DNA of 64,000 bases. It comes from a bacterium. GTDB lineage: Bacteria; Actinomycetota; Thermoleophilia; Miltoncostaeales; Miltoncostaeaceae. The stretch lies in the NCBI GenBank assembly GCA_029977205.1, contig JAPOLI010000001.1, forward strand, positions 35,540-99,539, in the 5' to 3' direction. Below, piece by piece: positions 34,363 through 43,992 of this stretch (the first letter of the stretch is position 1; each line of letters starts with the position of its first letter). The notes beneath the pieces were generated by a model. That model ran no database searches and was not told the DNA's origin. It saw nothing but the letters and a program-made list of their open reading frames with translations. A program made the position numbers and the translations under genes.

Positions 34363-35478
34363 ATGCGGGTCGTCGCGGCGCCCGCGCCCTTCAAGGCGGC
34401 GCTGGGCGCGGCGGATGCCGCCGCGGCGATCGCACTCGGCGCCCGGCGCGCCGGCGCCGAGGTACGGGAGGTGCCGGTGGCCGACGGCGGGGAGGGCACG
34501 CTCGACGCCCTCGTGGCGGCTGGCCGCGGCCGCATCATCGACGCCCCGGCGCGCGATCCTCTGGGGAGGCCCGTCCGGGCCGCGGTCGGCCTGCTGCCCG
34601 ATGGCACTGCGATCGTGGAGCTGGCGCAGGCATCGGGATATGAGCGCCTCGCCGACCATGAGCGCGATCCCGAAGCCACCTCCACCGCGGGAACGGGCGA
34701 CCTGATCCGCGCCGCGCTCGACGCCGGGTGCACGCGCATCATCGTCGGGGTCGGCGGCAGCGCCACCACCGATGGTGGCCTCGGCCTGGCCATCGCGCTC
34801 GGCGCGCGTGCGCTCGATGACCACGGCGAGGAGCTGTCCGGGACAGGCGGCACGCTCATGCACGTGCGGCGCGTGGACCTGAGCGGGCTCGATCCCCGCC
34901 TCGCGGGCGTGCCGATCGAGGTGGCGTGCGACGTCACGAGCCCCCTCGTGGGGCCGGCGGGTGCCGCCGCCGTCTTCGGCCCCCAGAAGGGGGCAACGCC
35001 CGATGCGGTCGCGCGGCTTGACACGGGACTGCTCAACCTCGCAGCGGTGCTGGCGTCACAGGGGTTGCCCGACGTCGCCGACATGCCGCGTGCCGGTGCG
35101 GCCGGCGGCGCGGCGGGCGGCATGATGGCCATGCTCGGCGCCGCGCTCACCGATGGCGGGGCGCTGGTGACCGGCGCCGCGGGCCTGGCCGACGCGCTCG
35201 CGGACACCGATCTGTGCATCACCGGGGAGGGCCGCCTCGATGAGCAGACCCTGACGGGCAAGGCCCCCGCGGCGGTCGCGGCGGCGTGCGCCGCGGCGGG
35301 GGTGCCCTGCGTGGGGCTGTTCGGTCAGGTGGACGTGCCCCCCGAACTCATCGGGAGCATGGGGCTCGTGGCCGCGCTCGCCATTGGTCCCCCCCGGCGC
35401 CCGCTCCCCGAGGCGCTGGCCGCCACGGCGGATGACCTCGCCATCGCGGCCGAGGCGACCGTGGCCCGTCGCATGTGA
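34363..35478 (+). CDS. Glycerate kinase (GlxK/GarK family)
   Basis: APFKAAL.A..AA.A...G........V.VADGGEGT.DAL... and the C-terminal ITGEGRLDEQTL.GKAP are typical glycerate kinase class-I signatures. Confidence 0.85.
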   Translation: MRVVAAPAPFKAALGAADAAAAIALGARRAGAEVREVPVADGGEGTLDALVAAGRGRIIDAPARDPLGRPVRAAVGLLPDGTAIVELAQASGYERLADHERDPEATSTAGTGDLIRAALDAGCTRIIVGVGGSATTDGGLGLAIALGARALDDHGEELSGTGGTLMHVRRVDLSGLDPRLAGVPIEVACDVTSPLVGPAGAAAVFGPQKGATPDAVARLDTGLLNLAAVLASQGLPDVADMPRAGAAGGAAGGMMAMLGAALTDGGALVTGAAGLADALADTDLCITGEGRLDEQTLTGKAPAAVAAACAAAGVPCVGLFGQVDVPPELIGSMGLVAALAIGPPRRPLPEALAATADDLAIAAEATVARRM

Positions 35479-35568
35479 GCCGCCGCGCGAGCCGGGTGTC
35501 GGCGGGCGGGGTGCGCGGGCCTGCCGGCGCCGCATCGGCATGGCACGCCGCTGCTAGGGTCGCGCGCT

Positions 35569-36642
35569 GTGAGCAGGGAACTCAAGGGCCTCGTGCTCTC
35601 CGGCGGCGCCGGGACGCGGCTCCGGCCCATCACGCACACCTCGGCGAAGCAGCTCGTGCCCGTGGCCAACACGCCGGTGCTCTTCTACGGGCTCGAGGCC
35701 CTGCGCGACGCCGGCATCACCGACATCGGCATCATCATCGGCGATACCGGGGACGAGATCCGCGAGGCCGTGGGCGATGGGTCAGCGCTCGGAATCCGCG
35801 CCACGTTCATCCCCCAGTCCGCCCCGCTCGGGCTCGCCCACGCGGTGCTCACCGCCGAGGAGTTCCTCGGCGACAGCTCCTTCGTGATGTACCTGGGCGA
35901 CAACCTCCTGCGCGATGGCATCACGCCGCTGGTCGAGGAGTTCCGGGCCTCGGACCCCGACGCGATGATCCTGCTGCAGCACGTGCCCAACCCGTCCTCC
36001 TACGGAGTGGCTGTGCTCGACGGCGACCGCGTGGTGAACCTCGAGGAGAAGCCGGCCGCCCCGAAGAGCGACCTGGCGCTCGTGGGCGTGTACATGTTCA
36101 CGCCATCGATCCTGGACGCCGCCAAGGCGATCGCGCCCTCCGCCAGGGGCGAGCTCGAGATCACCGACGCCATCCAGTACCTCATCGATGAGGGCCGTCG
36201 GGTGGAGCCGCATGTGGTGACGGGCTGGTGGAAGGACACCGGCCAGGTGGAGGACATGCTCGAGGCCAACCGGTTGATCCTCGACGTGATGGAGCCGCGG
36301 GTCGACGGCGAGCTCATCAACAGCGACATCGAGGGCCGCGTGGTGATCGAGGCCGGGGCCCGGCTGGTGAACAGCCACGTGCGCGGCCCGGCGGTGATCG
36401 GCCGCGACGCAGTGGTGGAGGACGCCTACATCGGCCCGTACTCATCCATCTCCACCGGCTGCGTGGTGCGGCGGGCCGAGATCGAGCACTCGATCCTGCT
36501 CGAGCGCGTGCACCTGGAGGACCTGGACGCCCGCGTGGAGAGCAGCCTCATCGGCCGCGACGTCACGATCACCCGCACCGACGCCAAGCCGCGGGCCTAC
36601 CGGTTCGTGCTGGGTGACTCGTCGGTGATCGGCCTCACCTAG
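35569..36642 (+). CDS. rmlA: Glucose-1-phosphate thymidylyltransferase (long form with a C-terminal left-handed beta-helix)
   Basis: KGLVLSGGAGTRLRPITHTSAKQLVPVAN, YLGDNL, and a C-terminal hexapeptide-repeat region. GTG start. Confidence 0.85.
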   Translation: MSRELKGLVLSGGAGTRLRPITHTSAKQLVPVANTPVLFYGLEALRDAGITDIGIIIGDTGDEIREAVGDGSALGIRATFIPQSAPLGLAHAVLTAEEFLGDSSFVMYLGDNLLRDGITPLVEEFRASDPDAMILLQHVPNPSSYGVAVLDGDRVVNLEEKPAAPKSDLALVGVYMFTPSILDAAKAIAPSARGELEITDAIQYLIDEGRRVEPHVVTGWWKDTGQVEDMLEANRLILDVMEPRVDGELINSDIEGRVVIEAGARLVNSHVRGPAVIGRDAVVEDAYIGPYSSISTGCVVRRAEIEHSILLERVHLEDLDARVESSLIGRDVTITRTDAKPRAYRFVLGDSSVIGLT

Positions 36643-36651
36643 GGGCAGGGC

Positions 36652-37488
36652 ATGCGGGCTCTGGTCATCGGGTACCGGGGGATGCTCGGCACCGACCTCA
36701 TGGAGCACCTTGCGGCTGCCGGTCACGAGGCCACGGGCCTCGACCTGCCGGAGCTCGACGTCACTGATCGCCGCCGGGTCATGCGCGCGGTATCCGACGC
36801 CGCGCCAGACGCCGTATTCCACCTGGCCGCGTGGACCGACGTGGACGGCGCCGAGGAGCACGAGGAGCAGGCCCTGCGGGTGAACGGCGAGGGCACGCGC
36901 AACGTGGCCATCGCCGCCGGGGAGGCCGGCGCGGCCCTGGTGGCCGTGAGCACCGACTACGTCTTCCCCGGCACCGGCGGGCCGTATGCGGAGGACGATC
37001 CCACCGATCCCCTCCAGGCCTATGGCCGCACCAAGCTGGCGGGTGAGCGGCTCGCCGAACTCGAGTACCCGGAGGGCACGCGCATCGGGCGGACGGCCTG
37101 GCTCTACGGCGCACACGGCCGCAACTTCGTGGACACCATGATCACGCTCGGATCCGATCCCGCCCGGGACCACGTGGATGTGGTGGCCGACCAGGTGGGC
37201 TGCCCCACGTGGACGCGCGACCTCTGCCCCGCGCTGGTGGCACTGGTGGAGCAGCCGGCGGGCATCTACCACGTGGCGGGAGGCGGCAGCACCACATGGG
37301 CGGGGCTCGCGCGGGAGGCATTCCGGCTGGCCGACGTCCACTGCGAGGTGCGTGACACCACCACCGAGGCCTTTGCCCGGCCCGCCGCGCGGCCGGCGGT
37401 GAGCGTGCTGGAGGTCACCCACGAGGCAGCTCCGCGCCTGCGGGCGTGGGAGGATGCCCTCGCCGACTACGTCAGGGAGCGTTCGTGA
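36652..37488 (+). CDS. rmlD: dTDP-4-dehydrorhamnose reductase
   Basis: ALVIG..GMLG.DL, AAWTDVDGAE, STDYVF.G...PY.EDD...P...YG.TKLAGE. Confidence 0.85.
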   Translation: MRALVIGYRGMLGTDLMEHLAAAGHEATGLDLPELDVTDRRRVMRAVSDAAPDAVFHLAAWTDVDGAEEHEEQALRVNGEGTRNVAIAAGEAGAALVAVSTDYVFPGTGGPYAEDDPTDPLQAYGRTKLAGERLAELEYPEGTRIGRTAWLYGAHGRNFVDTMITLGSDPARDHVDVVADQVGCPTWTRDLCPALVALVEQPAGIYHVAGGGSTTWAGLAREAFRLADVHCEVRDTTTEAFARPAARPAVSVLEVTHEAAPRLRAWEDALADYVRERS

Positions 37489-38477
37489 AGGTCCTCATCA
37501 CCGGCGGGTGCGGGTTCATCGGCTCGGAGGTCATCCGGGTGGCCATCGAGCGGGGCCACGAGGTGGTCAACCTCGACAAGCTCACGTACGCGGGCAACCC
37601 CGCCAACGTGGCGGAGTTCATGGACGATCCGCGCTACGCATTCGTCCAGGGCGACATCGCCGACCCGGATGTGGCGGCGCGGGCCGTGGATGGATGTGAG
37701 GGGGGCATCAACCTCGCGGCCGAGAGCCACGTGGACCGCTCCCTCCACACCCCGACGGAGTTCATCCAGACCGATGTGGTGGGAACCGCCACGCTCATCC
37801 TCGCGGCGCGCGCGGCCGGGGTAAGGCGGTTCGTGCAGGTGAGCACGGACGAGGTCTACGGGTCGATCCCCACCGGGGCATTCCGCGAGACCGATCCGAT
37901 CCAGCCGTCCTCGCCGTACTCCGCGAGCAAGGCCGGCGGCGACCTGCAGGCGCTCGCCATCCACCACACCTTCGGGTACGACATCGTGATCACACGCGGG
38001 TCGAACACCTACGGCCCGCGCCAGTACCCCGAGAAGCTCGTGCCCCTCTTCATCACCAATGCGCTCGATGGCCTTCCGCTGCCGGTCTACGGCGACGGCC
38101 AGCAGGTGCGCGACTGGATCCATGTCCGCGACCACGCCGAGGGGATCTGGTTCGCGATGGAGCACGGTGAGGCCGGGCAGGTGTACAACGTGGGTGGCGG
38201 CAACGAGTGGCCGAACCTCGAGATCACGCGTCGCATCCTCGCCCACACCGGCGCATCGGACGACCTCATCACCTACGTGGAGGACCGCCCGGGCCACGAC
38301 CGGCGCTACGCGCTCGACACCTCGCGGATGCGCGCGCTGGGCTGGGAGCCGCAAGTCGACTTCGACGCCGGCCTCGCGGCGACCGTGGATTGGTACCGCG
38401 ATGGCAGGCCCTGGTGGGAGCCGATCAAGAGCGGCGAGTACGCCGAGTGGTACGCGAAGAACTACGCGTCGCGCTGA
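37485..38477 (+). CDS. rmlB: dTDP-glucose 4,6-dehydratase
   Basis: GTG at 37485 (GTGA overlap). VLITGGCGFIGS, VNLDKLTYAGN, SPYSASKAGGD, RGSNTYGPRQYPEKL. Confidence 0.9.
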   Translation: MKVLITGGCGFIGSEVIRVAIERGHEVVNLDKLTYAGNPANVAEFMDDPRYAFVQGDIADPDVAARAVDGCEGGINLAAESHVDRSLHTPTEFIQTDVVGTATLILAARAAGVRRFVQVSTDEVYGSIPTGAFRETDPIQPSSPYSASKAGGDLQALAIHHTFGYDIVITRGSNTYGPRQYPEKLVPLFITNALDGLPLPVYGDGQQVRDWIHVRDHAEGIWFAMEHGEAGQVYNVGGGNEWPNLEITRRILAHTGASDDLITYVEDRPGHDRRYALDTSRMRALGWEPQVDFDAGLAATVDWYRDGRPWWEPIKSGEYAEWYAKNYASR

Positions 38478-38489
38478 GGCCTGCGCGCC

Positions 38490-39185
38490 CTACTGATTCT
38501 CGAGAAGTTCCTCGTCCGGCACGTCGCGCCACACGCGCGCGGGCAGCCCGGCCACGAGCTTGCCGGCCGGGATGTCCTTCGTGACGAGCGCACCCGCGGC
38601 CACGAAGGCCTCCTCCCCGATCTCGATGCCGGGCAGGATCACCACGCCGCCACCGATGCGCGCCGCACGGCGGATGGTCGCGCCCTTCTTGAGGGCATGC
38701 CGGGCCTCGGTGCGTCCCATGAAGTTGTCGTTCGTCGTCGTCACGCACGGGGCGATGAACACGTCATCCTCGAGCACCGTGAGCTGCGTGATGTAGGAGT
38801 TGCTCTGGATCGAGCACCGCGAGCCGATCTCGACCTGGTTCTCGATGCATACGCCGCGTCCGATGCCGCACGCATCGCCGATCGTGACCTCCTCGCGCAC
38901 GAAGGCCTGGTCTCCGATCACCGTGCGCGCGCCAACGGTGCTGCCGGCGAACACCACCGCGCCCGAGCACACCGTCACGTTCTCGGCCAGCACGAGGCCG
39001 GGCAGCGCCCGGGCCGTGGCCGTGGACCGGGCCGCCAGCTTCGGTGTCTTGCCGAGCACCACGTTGTCCTGGATCACGCACCCCGGGCCGATCACCGTGC
39101 CGGAGTGGATCACCACGTTGGCCCCGATTTCGACGTCATCGGCGATCTGCACGCCCTCTCCCATCACGAGGTTCTCGCGGCTCAT
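38490..39185 (-). CDS. Hexapeptide-repeat (LbH) sugar N-acetyltransferase, WbpD-like
   Basis: Continuous [LIV]-G-x4 hexapeptide repeats (IGANVVIHSGTVIGPGCVIQDNVVLG...) and a C-terminal ...AGLPARV. Confidence 0.75.
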   Translation of the reverse strand: MSRENLVMGEGVQIADDVEIGANVVIHSGTVIGPGCVIQDNVVLGKTPKLAARSTATARALPGLVLAENVTVCSGAVVFAGSTVGARTVIGDQAFVREEVTIGDACGIGRGVCIENQVEIGSRCSIQSNSYITQLTVLEDDVFIAPCVTTTNDNFMGRTEARHALKKGATIRRAARIGGGVVILPGIEIGEEAFVAAGALVTKDIPAGKLVAGLPARVWRDVPDEELLENQ

Positions 39186-40201
39186 CGGGATGCCCCCTCC
39201 AGGGTGATCGGCCGGCCACCGTTGGCCAGCGAGGTGTCCATGGCCTCGAGCACCTCGACGGTGGCGAGTCCGGCCCAGCCGTCGGCCACGGGGGCCGTGC
39301 CGTCACGGATGCTGTCGAGGAAATGCTGGCACACCAGGCGCAGCGGCTCGGCGCTGTCGATCTTGGGGCTGAAGATGTCCCCGGACCTGACCTGGATGTA
39401 CTCGCCGTAGTCGCCGGTGCGCGGCACGGGTCCCTTGTCGTACACGGTGATCTTCCGCTCGCTCTCCATGTCGTCGAAGACCACCATGCGCTCGGAGCCG
39501 ATCACCGTCATGCGCCGCATCTTGTGCGGGTCGAGCCACGACAGGTGAAGGTGCCCGATGACGCCGCTCGCGAACAGGATGCGCCCGAACACGACGTCCT
39601 CGACGCCCTCCTGCAGGTAGCAGGCGCCGGTGGCCGATACCTCGACGGCGGGCTCGCCGACCAGGTGCATCATCACGCTGATGTCATGCGGGCCGAGGCT
39701 CCACAGCGCGTTCTCGTCCTTGCGGACGATGCCCAGGTTGAGCCGATTGCCATACAGGTAGTGCACCTGTCCCAGGTGGCCCGTGTCCACCAGCTCCTTC
39801 ACCTTCGTGACGCCGGGGTGCAGTACCAGCAGGTGGTCCACCATGCAGGTGACCCCCGCGGCGTCGGCGGCCTCGGCCACCGCGCGCGCGTCCGCGGCGG
39901 TGAGCGCCAGCGGCTTCTCGACGAACACGTGCTTGCCGGCCGCGATCGCCCGGAGCGCCAGCGCGGCATGGGTGGGCACCGGGGTGGCGATGACCACCGC
40001 ATCGGTGTCCGGATCGGCCAGCACCTCGTCGAGGTCGGTCGTGAAGCCCGTACGGGGGAACGCTGCGCGGTGGCGGTCGAGCAGCGAGGTGTCGAGGTCG
40101 CATGCCCAGGCCAGTTCCGATCCCTCGATGCGGTCGAAGTTGCGCGCGAGGTTGGGGCCCCAGTACGACATGCCCACCACTGCGACGCGAAGCGGCCTCA
40201 C
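39182..40201 (-). CDS. Gfo/Idh/MocA-family NAD-dependent sugar oxidoreductase, WbpB-like
   Basis: GTG at 40201 overlaps the upstream stop (GTGA). LRVAVVGMSYWGPNLARN, VVIATPVPTHAALALRAIAAGKHVFVEKPLA. The 5' part of ORF 39182..40768 is read-through. Confidence 0.8.
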   Translation of the reverse strand: MRPLRVAVVGMSYWGPNLARNFDRIEGSELAWACDLDTSLLDRHRAAFPRTGFTTDLDEVLADPDTDAVVIATPVPTHAALALRAIAAGKHVFVEKPLALTAADARAVAEAADAAGVTCMVDHLLVLHPGVTKVKELVDTGHLGQVHYLYGNRLNLGIVRKDENALWSLGPHDISVMMHLVGEPAVEVSATGACYLQEGVEDVVFGRILFASGVIGHLHLSWLDPHKMRRMTVIGSERMVVFDDMESERKITVYDKGPVPRTGDYGEYIQVRSGDIFSPKIDSAEPLRLVCQHFLDSIRDGTAPVADGWAGLATVEVLEAMDTSLANGGRPITLEGASR

Positions 40202-41478
40202 AGCGTCCACACGTTCTCCCCCCTGGGTACCGCGTTGCGGAAGTCCACCACGAGCGGGCTGAGGTCCGCCACCCGTTGCCAGTCGATGCCGGAGTGCGCG
40301 GTGACCACCACCACGGCATCGGCCCCGGCGAGGGCCTCCTCGGTGAGGTCCGTGCTCGTCATGGCCTGGGAGAGCCCGTGCTCGGCCTTGAGGTCCGGCA
40401 CGAGCGGGTCGTGGTAGGTCACGTCGGCACCGCGCTCCTGGAGCAGCGAGATCACCTTGAGCGCGGGGCTCTCGCGCATGTCGTTCACATCGGCCTTGTA
40501 CGCCACGCCGATCACCAGGACCTTCGCGCCGTTCAGCGCCTTCCGGTGCGCGTTGAGCGCCCGGGCGAGCTTCGCCACGCAGAAGTACGGCATCTGCGAG
40601 TTGATCTTCCCCGCGAGCTCGATGAACTCCGTATGGAAGTCGTACTCCCGGGCCTTCCAGGTGAGGTAGAAGGGATCGATGGGGATGCAGTGCCCGCCGA
40701 GGCCCGGACCGGGGCGGAAGGGCATGTATCCGAATGGCTTCGTGGCGGCGGCGTCGATGACCTCCCACACGTCCACGCCCATGCGGTCGCAGAGGATCGC
40801 CGTTTCGTTGACGAGCGCGATGTTCACGCTGCGGAAGACGTTCTCGAGGATCTTCGTCATCTCGGCCACCTCGGGGGTGGACACCGGCACCAGGGCGTCG
40901 AACGCCTGGCCGTAGACCTCCAGGGCGCGCGCCGTGCAGGCCGGGGTAAGCCCGCCCACGACCTTGGGGGTGCTGCGGGTGGTCCAGTCCTCGCGTCCGG
41001 GATCCACGCGCTCGGGGCTGAAGGCCAGGTGGAAGTCGCTTCCCGCACTCAGGCCGGATTCCTCGAGCAGGGGCGCGAGCTCCTCGCGGGTGGTTCCGGG
41101 GTAGGTCGTGCTCTCGAGCACCACGAGCTGACCCGCCGTAAGGCGCGGGGCGATGTCGCGGGCGGCGCCGAGGACGGCCTTCAGGTCCGGCTCGCGGTGC
41201 TCGTCCAGCGGCGTGGGCAGGCAGATCACGATGGCCTCGAGGCCCGGCAACTCATCCAGGTCGGTGCTCGCGCGCAGCATCCCCGATGCGGCGAGCGGGG
41301 CAAGGCGATCCGACGGGACGTCCTCGATGTGCGAGATGCCGCGGTTGATGGCGGCGACCTTGTCGTCGACCACGTCGAGCCCGACCACCGGCACGCCCGC
41401 CTCGGCGAACACGACCGCGAGGGGAAGGCCGACGTAGCCGAGCCCGATGACGCCGATGCGCGGCGAAGGGGCGCTCAC
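40198..41478 (-). CDS. Nucleotide-sugar 6-dehydrogenase (UDP-GlcNAc/UDP-ManNAc dehydrogenase type, WbpA/WecC-like)
   Basis: IGVIGLGYVGLPLA, catalytic GLGGHCIPIDP, and C-terminal VLVIGVAYKADVNDMRESPA. Confidence 0.85.
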   Translation of the reverse strand: MSAPSPRIGVIGLGYVGLPLAVVFAEAGVPVVGLDVVDDKVAAINRGISHIEDVPSDRLAPLAASGMLRASTDLDELPGLEAIVICLPTPLDEHREPDLKAVLGAARDIAPRLTAGQLVVLESTTYPGTTREELAPLLEESGLSAGSDFHLAFSPERVDPGREDWTTRSTPKVVGGLTPACTARALEVYGQAFDALVPVSTPEVAEMTKILENVFRSVNIALVNETAILCDRMGVDVWEVIDAAATKPFGYMPFRPGPGLGGHCIPIDPFYLTWKAREYDFHTEFIELAGKINSQMPYFCVAKLARALNAHRKALNGAKVLVIGVAYKADVNDMRESPALKVISLLQERGADVTYHDPLVPDLKAEHGLSQAMTSTDLTEEALAGADAVVVVTAHSGIDWQRVADLSPLVVDFRNAVPRGENVWTL

Positions 41479-41535
41479 AGGGCGCCCGTAGTGATGTTGG
41501 TTCTCGGCGGAAGCAGCGGCGGTATCGTAGTCACC

Positions 41536-42135
41536 ATGGCCGATGCAGCGCTCGCGGGGCTCCCGCGCATCGTTCGGGCGGACGACGAGATCCGGTGGCG
41601 CGGGCAGGTGCTCACGTCACTCGGCCTCGCGTCGGCCTCGTACTGGATCATCCTCTGGCTGATCGATGGACCGGTCGACCCCGTACTGGCGGGCATCGTG
41701 TTCGCGGCGGCCCTCCTCGTCGCGCTGGTGCTGGGTGGCATCACGAGCCGTCGGCGCGTGGCGCACGCCATGCTCACGCTTCGGCCGCCCCGATCCGTGG
41801 TGCACGAGACCGCGGCTGACGCCCGGGAGCGGCGGGTTCGCGCCACCACCGTGATGTTCCTGGGCGTGGGCATCCTGCTGCTGCTCGACACGATGGTGAG
41901 CGAGGTGGGCGCGACGGCGGCGCTCGTGGCTGGCGCCGGCATCGGCGCCGGGATCATTGATCGCCTGGAGGCCCGTCGGTGGGCGCGCGCGGAAGACGAG
42001 CGCGAGTCCCGCATCTTCCTCATGCTCCGGCCCACGGCCCTCATCGCGCGCATGGGAATTCAGGACGCCTACGAGCTGCCGCGCGGGCGACGGGACGACG
42101 ACGCGCCGCCGGAGTTCCCGGGCACCTATCTCTAG
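41536..42135 (+). CDS. Membrane protein, unknown function
   Basis: ATG at 41536 inside ORF 40102..42135. 4 hydrophobic helices and an acidic C-terminus. Weak evidence. Confidence 0.45.
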   Translation: MADAALAGLPRIVRADDEIRWRGQVLTSLGLASASYWIILWLIDGPVDPVLAGIVFAAALLVALVLGGITSRRRVAHAMLTLRPPRSVVHETAADARERRVRATTVMFLGVGILLLLDTMVSEVGATAALVAGAGIGAGIIDRLEARRWARAEDERESRIFLMLRPTALIARMGIQDAYELPRGRRDDDAPPEFPGTYL

Positions 42136-43202
42136 TCCAGCTCGGCGATGAGCGCGCGCGCGATCGCGTCCGCCGCGTGGCCATCGCCGTAGTACGGCGG
42201 CCGCTCCGCCGGCATCGACAGGTGTGCGAGCGCGGCCTGCACGGCCGCGGCATCCATCCCCGTGAGCACGTTGAAGCCCCCCGCGACGGTCTCGACCCAC
42301 TCGGTGGTGTCCCGCACTGTGACGCACGGCACGCCATGGAAGTAGGCCTCCTTCTGGACGCCCCCGGAGTCGGTGACCACGGCCCGGGAGGTCATGAGGA
42401 GGCTCATGAAGTCGACGTATCCGATTGGTGGGGCGAGGATGAGGCCCGGTACATCCTGCAGGGCGTCCCAGCGCCCGCCCGCTTCAAGCTTGGCGCGGGT
42501 GCGGGGATGCACGGGAAATATCGCGGGCACACCGAGCGAGGAGAGCACCTCGACGGTGGCATCGAGCGCCTCGGGGGTGTCGGTGGCCGCGGCGCGGTGG
42601 ATGGTGACGAGCAGGTATTCCCCGGGCGTGAGCCCGTGGGTGGCCGCTGCGGCGCGCCCCTCGGCCAGCGGGGCGAAGATCCGGCTGGCGTCGAACATGA
42701 CGTCGCCCACGAGGTGCACGCCCCGGGTGATGCCCTCGGCGGCGAGGTTCTCGATGGCCTGTTCGGTGGGGACCAGGAGGACGTCGGAAAGATGGTCCGT
42801 GACGACCCGGTTGCGCTCCTCGGGCATTGATCGGTCAAACGAGCGAAGGCCTGCCTCCACGTGCGCGAGGGGGATCGCGCACTGGGCTGCGGTCAGGGCG
42901 CCGGCGAGGGAGGTCGTCGTATCGCCGTACACGAGCACGGCGTCCGGAGACTCATCGCGGAGCACCTGCTCGAACCGCTCCATGATCGTGGCGACCTGCT
43001 GGACGGGCGTCCCGGGTCCGACCTCGAGCGCGTGATCGGGGGTCGGGATGCCCAGCTCGTCGAAGAAGAGATCCGCGAGCTCGGGGTCGTAGTGCTGGCC
43101 CGAGTGCACGAGCACCTCCTCGCCCTGTGCGCGAAGTGCGATGCAGAGGGGCGCGGCCTTGACGAACTGGGGCCGGTTCCCGACGAGGGACACGATGCGC
43201 AC
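42132..43202 (-). CDS. wecB: UDP-N-acetylglucosamine 2-epimerase (non-hydrolysing)
   Basis: GNRPQFVKAAPL, HSGQHYD, VLVYGDTTTSLAGALTAA, HVEAGLRSFDRSMPEE.NR, TDSGGVQKEA. Confidence 0.9.
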   Translation of the reverse strand: MRIVSLVGNRPQFVKAAPLCIALRAQGEEVLVHSGQHYDPELADLFFDELGIPTPDHALEVGPGTPVQQVATIMERFEQVLRDESPDAVLVYGDTTTSLAGALTAAQCAIPLAHVEAGLRSFDRSMPEERNRVVTDHLSDVLLVPTEQAIENLAAEGITRGVHLVGDVMFDASRIFAPLAEGRAAAATHGLTPGEYLLVTIHRAAATDTPEALDATVEVLSSLGVPAIFPVHPRTRAKLEAGGRWDALQDVPGLILAPPIGYVDFMSLLMTSRAVVTDSGGVQKEAYFHGVPCVTVRDTTEWVETVAGGFNVLTGMDAAAVQAALAHLSMPAERPPYYGDGHAADAIARALIAELD

Positions 43203-43210
43203 GAGGGCTC

Positions 43211-43927
43211 CTAGAGGCCGGCGAAGCCGATGGTTGCGAGACGCTGGGTGATGCGCTCAAGGTTACCCGTGAGCACCATCACGCCCAGGACGATCATCAG
43301 GGCACCGCCGATGGCGTTGACCGCATACCACCGATCGCGCAGCCACTTCGACGCCGACAGCGTCTGCGTCATGAAGATTCCGGCCAGCAGGAACGGTATT
43401 CCGAGGCCGAGCGAGTAGACGAACAATAGGAGCGCGCCCGCCGCGGGGGAGCCCGTGGGCGCCGCATAGGTGAGGATGCTGCCGAGGATCGGACCGATGC
43501 ATGGGGTCCAGCCCGCCGCGAATGCCGCGCCCACCAGGCCCGCGCCGACGAGCGTCTCCGGGCGGCGCGAGAGGCGCACGTGGCGATCCGACTGGAACCA
43601 CCCCATGCGGGGGAGCAGGATCATCGCGATTCCGAAGAGGACGAGGATGATCCCCGCGACGAGGTTGAGCACCGCCCGGTCGCGTGCGAGCGAGCGTCCG
43701 ATCAGGCCCGCGCTGGCGCCGAACAGCGCGAACATGATGGCGAAGCCCAGCACGAAGGCGGCCGTCGGGCGGATGACGGCCTTCCAGCGCTGGTCCACCT
43801 CGTCTGCGGGCACGCCCGAGATGAAGGACAGATACCCGGGTACGAGGGCGAGCACGCAGGGGGATACGAACGACACGAAGCCGGCCGCGAATGCCACCGC
43901 GAGCGAGATGACGGAGAGCTGGTCCAC
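43211..43927 (-). CDS. ccdA: Cytochrome c biogenesis thiol-disulfide transporter CcdA (DsbD-family membrane core)
   Basis: FVSPCVLALVPGYLSF and GWTPCIGPILGSIL, the two conserved Cys helices; 6 TM. Confidence 0.85.
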   Translation of the reverse strand: MDQLSVISLAVAFAAGFVSFVSPCVLALVPGYLSFISGVPADEVDQRWKAVIRPTAAFVLGFAIMFALFGASAGLIGRSLARDRAVLNLVAGIILVLFGIAMILLPRMGWFQSDRHVRLSRRPETLVGAGLVGAAFAAGWTPCIGPILGSILTYAAPTGSPAAGALLLFVYSLGLGIPFLLAGIFMTQTLSASKWLRDRWYAVNAIGGALMIVLGVMVLTGNLERITQRLATIGFAGL

Positions 43928-43992
43928 CGCGGGCCATCGTATCCCCGCGCCGCCCCCGGGCCGTCAGTCGCCCGGCGGGTGCGGGACCTCTG

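Noticed and set aside
33981-35261. 426-aa minus-strand ORF opposite the SDR and glycerate kinase genes
   Set aside because: It is an antisense shadow ORF. The + strand products carry clear family motifs.
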